From: Dicyema japonicum
Lineage: Eukaryota; Animalia; Dicyemida
Length of the DNA stretch: 64,000 nucleotides
Direction of reading: 5' to 3'
Assembly (NCBI GenBank): GCA_011109175.1
Contig: RDEW01000004.1
Location: 582,030 to 646,029 of the forward strand
Of this stretch, positions 52,870-63,454 are shown one piece after another (positions within the stretch are counted from its first letter, which is position 1; the number at the start of each line of letters is the position of its first letter). The notes below the pieces were generated by a model. The model did not search any database and was not told the origin of the DNA. It saw only the letters and a program-made list of their open reading frames with translations. Both the position numbers and the translations under genes were made by a program.

Positions 52870-53330
52870 GTTATATTATCCAGTCAAGTCGTGTCCCACC
52901 CTTGGAGATCTCATGAACAAGTTTCCTCCACTCTCCCCTATCCGTCGCAATTTGGAGTAGCCTTGATATAAGCATTCCCGTGACGTATTCCACCGAAGCT
53001 AACCACCGAGTCCTCGGTCGACAGGTCTTCTCTTCCCAGTAATATTGCTCAGCATGATGGTTCTTTCCAGGGAATCAGAGCGGACAACATGCCCAAAGAA
53101 CGCCAATCTGTGTTTTTCGATTCTTCCTTCTAGCGAAATGTCCGTCTCCACCGTTTGAGTACATCGGGTGTTTGTTACTTTGGAAATCCAAGGGATTCTT
53201 AGTAACCTCCTCCAGCACCACAGTTCAAAAGCTTCAATTTTTCGTCTATCCGCCTTTTTCAGTATCCAAAGTCTTCCGTGGATTTGAGTAATTCTGTAAT
53301 CCTCACACAATTTTCTGATATGACAGTTCT
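52870..53330 (-). mobile_element. BovB-type RTE 3' fragment
   Basis: WILKKADRRKIEAFELWCWRRLLRIPW...SLEGRIEKHRLAFFGHVVRSDSLERTIML. Confidence 0.85.
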
Positions 53331-53579
53331 TGAACTCTGTGCGTTGTCGGCTTGTAGAAACCTACAAGGGCATAATCCATGGATTGTCTAGAAAGGACCC
53401 ACAACAAAAAAAGAAAAAAAGAAGTGAAGATCTTGGTTCTGCGATTAGTTAAAATTAACTGTTCTTTAATTAAATAAAGTGTGTGTCCTGCCTATGCGGA
53501 GATATTATGGCTCTCGTGAAAAGGCTATTATTATCGTTGGCCACCTCAATTCCACTTTTATTTTCCAGGTTCCTTGTAA

Positions 53580-54060
53580 ATTCATATTTTGAATAGACGT
53601 CTATAACTGCAACAACGAAGAAAATGATCATTTTGATTCTCAAATCTACAGTAATAACTATAAACTTTAGACCTTTTAAGATCAGTCAAATCAGTTTGAA
53701 ATCTCTCGTTAGGCAAATCAGCAATGACTAGAATCGTCATATTGTTTGAGAGGCACTGCAAACTTGCAAACATTGCAGTCTTTTACAACTTGACGAATAA
53801 CAGTTCTTTTGATAGCGCAAAATCTCCTACGACAAAGCGCATCCAGAGCGTTATGTCCACAATCTGGTGAATCTCCTGAGCAATAGTCCTCATTTCTTTT
53901 TTACTAGTTAAGGGTATTTCAAGTTTGTGAAGTCCGTTAACAGCTTTCAAATAAAGCTTTTCGTCAATAACAATAAAATTTTCAGCTTTCTTTTTTAGTC
54001 GGTACCTCATTTGTTTCGCAATATTCACATCTTCATTAAGGATGGATTTAAAAGTTGGTA
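53580..54060 (-). mobile_element. Divergent Ginger-like integrase copy C
   Basis: NERFQTDLTDLKR followed by a 27-nt GT-AG intron at the same phase-2 position as copies A and B. Confidence 0.7.
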
Positions 54061-54562
54061 CTCTTCATTGTCTTTGACAACAGTCTTGGTACCAGGAATC
54101 AGGTCAAAGTGACTAAAGCGTGGATTATTATTTTATATTCAATAAATAGTTAACCAGACTAAAATTGGAATAAATTAATTCCAAAGACCACTGTTGAACC
54201 GAAAAACTAAACCAAGTGATCCCGACGAATTGGATCAAGGCTCTCATCTTTTCTCGGTGTTGATCCAATCTTTATATCGGAATATAATAATTTATAAAAA
54301 AAAAATAAAAAAATAATTTATAAAAATATAAAATTATAGTATTGATTTTTAATTAAAATGACAGTTATGACAGTAGATGACAGCTTTCAAAGGCAACGTC
54401 TGTGGGTCGGTAACTGCTGTGGCTCGCGACAAAAATGATCAAAGCCACATTGAGTATGACATCTGACATCTGGCCTAACAGTCATTGACATGTGACATAT
54501 AACCAGCATGGACGCGTTGCCACCAGGGGACGCGACATTATTAATTAACTCAAGATTGTCTA

Positions 54563-56112
54563 TACCATTTCAGGTTTAAAGTGGGTCTACCAAAAGCAAA
54601 GTGGTACTTACCAAAAGCAAAGTGGGTCTTACCAAAAGCAAAGTGGGTCTTACCAAAAGCAAAGTGGTACTTACCAAAAGCAAAGTGGTACTTACCAAAA
54701 GCAAAGTGGAACTTACCAAAAGCAAAGTGGAACTTACCAAAAGCAAAGTGGAACTTACCAAAATCAAAGTGGAACAAAAATTATTTTTTGTTATAGGATG
54801 AGATTAATTTCAATTGCAAAAGTGACTAAGCAAAAACCTATATATTTGCATGTCTGCGCAAATATTTCATTTTTTTATTCATATGCCTGCTCAAATAAAA
54901 AAGTCTGAAGCTGAAATTAAGAAAAATCTTATTATCGGGCTTATGAGGGAGATGGTGACTGGAGGGAACTTGCAAAATCTCTCGATGTTCCGAAAACTAC
55001 TACTTATCGTTGGTTGAAAAACAAAAACAAACCTGATCAGCGAGGGGGATCAAAAGCAAAAAAATTTCTTGATAAACATATAGATTATTGTGTTGAACAG
55101 CTCGAAATTAACCCTAGGATTACTCTTGAGACCTTGAGAATTCTTTTAAATTCTAATTTCAGCTTAAATGTTTCAAAAGAAACCATTCGAGTCCACTTGG
55201 ACGGTGCCTGTTATTCTTTGAAAGATATCAGGTATGAACCAGAGAAAGGCAATAGTGAATTAAATAAAGAAAAAGAAAAAAATTTATAACTTCATTATTG
55301 GAATATCAATCGGAGGAAATTCCAATATTATTTATGGATGAAACAAATATAAACATGCACATATCCCGTAAAAAGGGTCGATCAAAAAAAGGAACAAGGG
55401 CTAATGTCGTTGCAACAAGTTCGCGAGGTGCCAATGTACATTTCATTGGTTGCATCGGGTCCCTTGGATTGTTGCATTATGAATTCAAACGTGATCCTTT
55501 AATAAAAAATCCGCCCATGAATGGGTGAAAATTTGTCTACGAAAAGCCAGTGAAGCTTACAATTCCCCAGTAGTGCCAGTAGTAGACAATGCTCCATGCC
55601 ATTCAAGAATTGAAGAAATTGTCAGAGATAATGAATTCATCGGAAATAAAATTTTAAGATTGGGTCCCTATAGCCCTATGCTCAACCCAATTGAGAATAT
55701 TTTGTCAGTTTTCAAAGCTGATGTAAAAAGACACATCGCTACAGACATTGAAAATATTTTTGATTGTGTGAGACAAGAAGATTTGTCAACTACGGAGTTT
55801 CGACTTCAAAAATTAAAAGAAAGTATGATTAACTCATTATGTATAATCACTCCATCTCTATGCAACACCGTAATTGCTAGAATTCAGAGGTTGGCCCCAA
55901 CGGTGTTAAATAATGATGAAATGGTTTATTAAATAATTTTTGTCTCACTTTGCTTTTGGTAAGTACCACTTTTCTTTTGTTAAGACCCACTTTGATTTTG
56001 GTAAGACCCACTTTGATTTTGGTAAGTCCCACTTTGCATTTGGTAAGACCCAATTTGCTATTGGTAAGACCCACTTTGCTTTTGGTAAGACCCACTTTAA
56101 CCTGAAATGGTA
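54563..56112 (+). mobile_element. IS630/Tc1-mariner transposon (DD35E) with tandem-repeat TIRs; transposase 54883-55932, frameshifted
   Basis: TA TSDs at 54561-62 and 56113-14; HTH (ELAKSLDVPKTTTYRW), FMDETN, VDNAPCH, YSPMLNPIE. Confidence 0.92.
54578..54775 (+). repeat. Nine 21-bp tandem units (AAAGTGGNNCTTACCAAAAGC) plus a partial unit; seven inverted units at 55952-56098
   Basis: Units read directly from the sequence; first left unit is 20 bp. Confidence 0.95.
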
Positions 56113-56949
56113 TAGTTTCAGTAATTAATCGTGTTGATTGATATGATTTTGGCATATGACATTGATTGACACATGATTTGTTGCGCGTTGCGCATGGCTG
56201 CTCACAGTGCGCGCGACCAGAGCGTTATGGTTGTTCGATTTGGGACATCTTTATTATTTCAGCAGTCCACGCTTATTGATGACTGGAACCATCACGTTTT
56301 TTTAATATTTTTTTGTTTTCGATCAATTTATTCGAAAAAAACATTGAATGTCAACGAAAGGCAGTGGCAATTTTTGTGAAAACCATTTCCGCTCGTCGGA
56401 GTTTCGAGTCGCGAGTCAAACGTAATTCAGATTTCATTGATAATTGCTCAAACCACTCCCATAGTTTCGTAGGCGATCGAGACGATACAGAAATGATCTC
56501 CGAGATCTGAGTACTTCTCCAGCTTCCTTCATTCGGCAGAGTCAGCGTTGGACAGTTACAATAGGCAGAATAAAGTGCAAAAAGCAATGATCGAGTTTAC
56601 CGGTGCTGGTTGTAGCCCTTCCCCTCTATGAAACAAGAATTGCTAAAATCTTGTCCCACGATTTAAATACAGTTTTATTTATTTTTTATTTTAATAACCC
56701 CGGGAACACCGAGAAAGAAAGACAAAAGAGTCAAACAGTTAGGTGATCCCAGTCCTCGCAATCAACTGTGCCATTCGACGTCTGTGATCTCCCGTTAAAT
56801 ACAGTTTATCCCTAGCAATGTCAAACTGAATTCCCATGCGTAATATCTCAACCGTTAATAAATTAATTTACTCATAAATTCTAAATTAGTTTATCAATTA
56901 AATAAATCAATTTTAGAAAAATAATCAGTTAATTTATCCCCAGTAAATC

Positions 56950-57330
56950 ATATTTAAAACTGCCATCCATCCAAAGTGGACCCCGCCGACATTATCGACG
57001 TTGCGTTGCCTCTCACGATTGCAACAGAGATCAACTGGAGTAGCCACCGGGTATCACGTGCGTCGTGGCTTTTTAGTGTAGCTAAGCGTCCAAGTTTCTT
57101 TAGGAAGCGAAGCGATTTTCCACTTATTCCTCCAGTTGTCTCGACCACTATCGGATAAAACGCGAATCGGTCGTTTATCAATTAAATTTAATTACCAATT
57201 AGTCAAATGATCCCTTAATTGACGGCAACGGAGATCAACTCATGAAACCATGTATGGTTTTTGAGTGTTGACAGACGTCCCAGATTCTGAGAAAATGAAG
57301 CGATTTACTGTTTATTCCTTCAGTTGTCTC
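56950..57330 (-). mobile_element. Two CRE-like 3' fragments (56954-57181, 57205-57330); weaker remnant at 56330-56560
   Basis: DRFAFYPIVVETTGGISGKSLRFLKKLG...WLLQLISVAIVRGNA. Confidence 0.8.
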
Positions 57331-58096
57331 AGTCAAACAGCCCGTAACATGAACCATCCAGACACTCTTCGTATTTCTTTCCCTTGTCTTTCTCAGTTAG
57401 TTAAATGCACTTTCGCGTTAACCATAAGCACATGAATACTTAGTTTCTGCTTGTGCCATCACTATTCCGTTCCACCAGTTTTCCCCATGTGGATTTCCTC
57501 CTCGCACGTCTCCGCAGTTCATCGAGGTCGTCCAGGGGGTAGAATACACTGACTGATAGTTCGATAAAGACATTTTTAGATGTGACAACCACTTGGCTTT
57601 CTCAGCCTTTTTATTAATAAAATAGCAACAATTTCTGGAAAAGTGAGATTACAGTTATTTTCCAATTATTTCTCGGAAATAGCGAATTACTTAAAATTTT
57701 AGGAAATATTACAAATATTCGAATTCACATTAATAGATTTGCAATGAAGACCAATGGGTTTCCTAGGTAGACACGGTCTTACTTGTTCTCTTCAGAAGGC
57801 TGTTTCTGTAACTTAAATTTGTGCATGATATTTAAAGTAAACCGATTATTAACAGAAAACAGGATTTTCTGGGTCGTCTAGGGAATCTGATTTTTGCACA
57901 AAGTAGATCCCCGTGAGTTAGATGACTGCTATCCCCCTCTGTATTAAAAAGAGAATCAAAGTCATCCGGAAGAAAGATCATGGTTTTCAAGACAAGCTGT
58001 ATCGAACCTTACCTGCCAGGATTCTCAAGAGCAGTGATTGGCAGATGAATTGCTTATCGACTAAATTGGCCAAGTCTAATGATTATCGATAGCGTA

Positions 58097-60227
58097 ATGG
58101 CAATTGTTAGTGTCAGTGAACAACACCACAAAATCAGTAAGGGACAGTGCAATTTCATGTGCGTTGTTTTTCGATCAATTAATATTATTTATAGGAATTA
58201 GCACGCAAACCAAGCGAATTAGATGCGAAAGATAGATTCTATTAGTGAGGAATTGGGGAAGCATTTGAGTTTCTTCCGGCAGCCGACCATTAATGCTGAG
58301 GACAGATACCCAGAAAAGTATTCTCTGGAGATATGAGTAGAATTTACGTGAATACAAACATCAGATTGGACAAGTTGAAATATTATGGATTCGATATGGA
58401 CTACACTTTGGCCAGTTTGGGGGTAAATAAGTTTAGTGTACAAATCTCCGGAAATGGAGACTTTGATATTTGACTTGATTAAGGAAAGACTAGTGAAGGT
58501 GGGCTATCCATCGGAATTTTGGGATTTCAAATATGACAATTCCTTTGCTGTCCGGTTATCATGTATGTTATTTTGAACAGTGGGGTCTTCTATGATACCA
58601 TTTATGGAAATTTTCTTAAAGTCGACACATACGGACACATTCTCGTGGCCACTCACGGGACAAGACTGCTGGAACAGTATTTCACAGTACTGATACCCTA
58701 GGAAAGAGGTCGATAGCTACTACCAAAATCGTCATGTCGAGGTAAACAGCAAAGATATCGCCATTCTAAGCACAGTTTACTGTCAAAGCGGTTATTCGAC
58801 TACTTTATTGCAGTGATTTCACTCGTTTCCCAAATAGTCGATTACTATAGTGGATTTGGGACTCAGACGCTGTAGGCCCCTCTTGCCAATTTTAGTGATA
58901 AAAAGGGAATTTATGTCGACGGGGACGATTACATAATATTCTATTCAGACATTTACGAAGAAGTCAACGAGAATGTCAAATATGTTCACAGAAACGTAAA
59001 TATGTGAAATAATCTCAAGTCCCTCAAAAAAGCCACCATGGCGGATCTGCCAAAATACCTCGAAAGAGACCCGATGATTGGAAAAATGCTTGACAAGTGA
59101 ATCTTGAGATTATCATAGACTGAGAAATTGCGGAAATAAAACCTTTCTCCTGACCAACAGCGAATACTACTACGTGGAAGTTTGCTTATTCGTAATTTGA
59201 GAAAATAATGAGCTATCTACTCGACGACGAGAGACGCAGCTGGGTGGATTACTTTGACTACATAATAATTGACGCCAAAAAACCGGGATTTTTCAGTTCT
59301 AAAGATCATCACTTCAGAGTGGTGAACAAAGTAGTGATTTGTTGTAAACAGACGACAACACACAGAAGCCTAAAATGTGAGATAAAACAGTTGAAACAGA
59401 GACAAATATACTCTGAAGGTATTCCCGAAATGATGTCTTAGGGTCCGCGAAGGAGTTTTGTCGACTCACTGGCGCCAAACCTAGGTCAGTCATTTACGTG
59501 GGGGACTCGATATATGGGGACATTCTCAAGTCAAAAAAGAGTTTTTGGAAGACTCTGCTCATAATCCCGGGACTCAAGAAAGAAATACACCATTGGTGGT
59601 CGAATTACAAGTCCTATCAAATGCTCGATGGAATCGACCAGATTCAGAAAAATGAATTGTAATGTGAATTTTATAATTTCAGATATTTGTCGACCAAGGG
59701 GGAAGATATTGTCCGATGGGCTTCCTCGGCCTACAAGGTCCCTTTCTTGTTTAGTTCCCTAGTGTCTCAGCAAAATGATCGACGCCAGATACGGCATTCT
59801 TGGGAGTGCATTTAGATCAGGTTTCTTGGTGGTGGACGAATAGGGTCTCAACACACTTACTTTTTCCACCAAGTCCAAAGATTCGCCGATTTGTACAGCC
59901 ATTCTGCGTCAACTCTTATTTACTACCTTCCTTCGTATTTTTTTAATTGTCCCCAAACTCTGGTACTTTTCAAAAATGACTCCCAGCTGGGACATGAAAA
60001 ATTTGTGAAATACTCAGACAAGCAGAGGAACTTGAAGGATGAGATCATCTCTCCGGATTGTGGCATACAACTAGATTTCGTTGAAATGGCACATGAACTG
60101 ATCGAAACTTACATAAAAAGTGCCACTTCCAAAGTTAGGGGTCTCTTATTTTTTACAGAATATCGCCATTCGACAGAAAACCATAGACGAGTTTAACTTT
60201 GTGGATCTAAGTGACGATGAGAATTAA
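58097..60227 (+). CDS. NT5C2: Cytosolic purine 5'-nucleotidase (HAD family)
   Basis: IYVN...[17 protein letters not shown]...GYP...[52 protein letters not shown]; about 15 introns of 20-26 nt; start uncertain. Confidence 0.9.
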
Positions 60228-62815
60228 TAAATTACTAATCCACTAACAAGTTTATTATTGAGTTAAGTCTCCAAATACTCTTCATATAAGGTGGTGGTAA
60301 CAAGTCGTCGGTGTTGTCCTTCTGGTTCGATCCCTATTTATACCTAAAAGTTCTGTTCTACTCTGTGCTTTCTTGCACACTTCCATTTTAGGAGATGACT
60401 GGTGGCTGGATGGCTTCCAAAAGGTGTCTCCTACTCTACTGGAATGGTTCTCACAATGGCGGATGCGTCCCACTCCGACCGTGGGAACAGGGTGTATCAT
60501 TATGCGTGAAGTAGTCTTCCAGATCCCTGTTGGCGGGAGTTTCCCCATCTAGACTCAACAATATCGAGGCCCACACCATTGCTACTTTTTTTCGGCCATG
60601 GTACCTCATGAATTTTCTTTAGTTGTTTTCACGGCCGAGTGTTGATTTTGGAGTCCGATGGATGTTATTACGTCTCATGCACTGTTTTGTTTCAGTACTT
60701 TTCGTAGTGCGACTTTTCACAGTCGTGCAGTAAAGAGCCAAATTTTGGGCGTCGCCAGAATTTGTGTATTGAATTATCAGATTTTCCGATTGTTAGTTTA
60801 TAAGAGGAGCTACCTTTGCCCCCAGGATCCACCGAGTGAAGTGTCTTAAAGATGCTAGTCTCAAGGATTTCATAGTGTTTTTGTCATATGATGTTCTAGG
60901 TACTATCACTAGATAGACACGAAAAGCAATGAGCATTGCGAATCGTCATGAGATGTTCCCACATTCCTTTGAATTCCCATGAGGCCACGTTACATAACGT
61001 GCTGTTACCAAGTGTCAGTAATAGTACGCGTGTCATACGTATTGAATCTTAGTCATGAAATGTAATCAGGTTGCTACAAGGAACAATGCCAATAGCTCGT
61101 TCCACATGTCAATTATCGTTGTAGTACACTAAAATCTTTTACATCTATTTTAATTCAATTGTAAAGCCACGTGGCATCATGTTGTGCTATGTAGCTAATT
61201 GGTTGATAATTGGACTCCGTCAAAAAAAGGAAGCTTAAAAAATACTCAACCTTCGGAGATCGTTTCCGTTTCTTCCCAATTGCCGTCCTAACCTCTGGTG
61301 CGGTTGAAAGAATTGGTATGAGTCTTCGATGAAATTGAGACGCGTTCAAAGACCCCTCACAGCGCCTTAGAATCGCCATCGTCCGCGGCATTTTCGACTG
61401 TCTCTTGGCAGCTCGAGTCTGATTTGGTCCACTGTTTTTGTTAAAGTAAATTTTACCTTCTGCTGAGTCGACATTCAGATGAGTGGGCGTAGATTCTCAA
61501 GTGGGCTTGCCCTTAGGTTTCGAATATGAATTAAGAACCCTGTTCCCGGAGGCTAATGAAGAATTTGTAGTGAACACGTCATTAACTATGTTCGTAATTG
61601 TAGTAGAGACTGAACAGATACCATGGATCCTGCAGGACTGTTGATCTCGATTTTTCTGTTGTAGTCCTCACTTTGTCTAAAGTGATTTTGTTACTGAAGA
61701 GTTAGTTTCCACAGAGAATGGTTTGAAGTGGTCAATCTCAATATTGACTCAGAAAGCGGTCAACATTTGTTTCTGTAAGCAGAAGGGACCTTTTGTTTCT
61801 CTATTACATGTAGCATCCCCCATAGCATTTGTAAAAAAATCAAAGAACATCACTTGTATTATTTTGCATATGTATGTTGGACAGTGGAATGGTGCCCACA
61901 CGGAAGACTATCCAAATTTACTCGGATGTCCCTTGGTAGAGAGGATTTTGATTCATCGAATGGACTAGGGGGACGATGTAGTATTATTTTCGAGATAATA
62001 TAATTGGAGGTGAGTCTAAAAATCAGCATGATATTAACTAATTTTGGGGGAAGGCCATCAAGTGATCTCAGTCTCTCTTAGTATCCACTTTTCAATGTGT
62101 TTCTCTCGGTGCCCTGTAAGCCAGTTTTATGGGCGATTTTTATCGTTGGAAGAATGTGCCACACGACTTCCTCACGAGGTCCTCAAAAGGGGTTGCCTTT
62201 GTAATAACCCCTGAAAGTCGATGGATGGTCTTGATAACTGGACCTATTCTGAAAGTTTGAACAACGACAAAAAGAACTAACGCATTCCAAAAGAAATCCT
62301 CTGCCCACCACATGAAGTCGACAGCTGTGCTTCAATCAGACACTAATAGACAATTCTGCATTAAGGAGAAACAAGGGAATTGGATTACTAGTTGTCTAAT
62401 TTTCTAAATAATAAAGCACTACGTCGGATTGAAAGTTATTTATTTTAAAACCCAAAGACCACCAAGAAAATATTAACTCGCTAATTTAAGTGATTTCATC
62501 CTCAACATCTCTCTAATTCTCTTCGAATGCTATCGGGGTGCACTTTTTTAAGCCGATCTGAATTCCTCTGCATGGGCCGCTCTCTGAATGGGTTTCCTAG
62601 CTCCTTACACATACGTAGGAAGCCCTGGCCATTTCTAACCGTCGCCGCATCTGAAAGGAGACAAAGAATGGACATTGTGTTTGATTTCATATGCCGTATG
62701 ATCTTCCGTCTGAAAGTTACCTCCTCATTTGATATTCAAATTATTTTAATAAGAATTAAAATTTTATTAAAGTTGAAAATAATTAATTTAAATTTAGTTT
62801 GTTGTGGTTCAACAT

Positions 62816-63454
62816 ATGGCAAGGAGTAATAAACGTGACTCAAGTCAGTCCAGGCGAAGTTCATCAAATGATTCTTCCATCAGCTCATCTTCTATGTCAT
62901 CCAGCAGAAGTAGTTCTCCAGCCGCCAAAGCAGCAATTAACGCAGCAAGGGATACTAATGATAAACATGAAAAAAAACCCCGAAACGATAAACGAAGATC
63001 CCCTTCTCCCAGAAGATCTCCCTCACCTCGAAAAAGGGAACGAAGTTTGTCTCCACCAATGAGGCCTCTCCGTGTATATGTCACTGGCTTAACTCAAAAC
63101 GTCAACAAGGGCCACGTGAGTGAAATTTTTGGCACTGCCGGACATATAGTGAACGTTTCAGTCCCAGTAGATCCGAATCACCCTGAATTTGCACGTGGCT
63201 ATGCTTATATTACATTTGAGACGCCCGAGGGAGCTGAAAAGGCAGTCAAGTTGATGAATAATGGACAAATTGATGGACAGCTTATTTCAGCTTCTTTAAT
63301 GCAGATTAACAGACCTGTGAATTCAAGACGGTCCCCAGTTTATCGGAGAAGAGGATATTCTCCACCCAGAAGATATCGGTCTCCCCCAAGACGTCGATAT
63401 TCTCCAAGAAGGCCTCATAGAGTTAGAGGGAGAGTTAATCGTTCCTCATCGTGA
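62816..63454 (+). CDS. RNPS1: RNA-binding protein with serine-rich domain 1
   Basis: Ser-rich N-terminus, RRM (VYVTGLTQNVNKGHVSEIF...RGYAYITF...MNNGQIDGQ), RS/P-rich tail. Confidence 0.9.
   Translation: MARSNKRDSSQSRRSSSNDSSISSSSMSSSRSSSPAAKAAINAARDTNDKHEKKPRNDKRRSPSPRRSPSPRKRERSLSPPMRPLRVYVTGLTQNVNKGHVSEIFGTAGHIVNVSVPVDPNHPEFARGYAYITFETPEGAEKAVKLMNNGQIDGQLISASLMQINRPVNSRRSPVYRRRGYSPPRRYRSPPRRRYSPRRPHRVRGRVNRSSS

Noticed and set aside
54578-54775. 21-bp array as CRISPR or as a repeat protein (LPKAKW ORFs)
   Set aside because: No spacers, eukaryotic context, and the array is mirrored at 55952-56098 as a transposon TIR; the ORFs are by-products.
47927-63454. UPF3 and RNPS1 as a functional NMD/EJC gene cluster
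   Set aside because: They are 14 kb apart with unrelated genes and TEs between them; chance co-location is sufficient.
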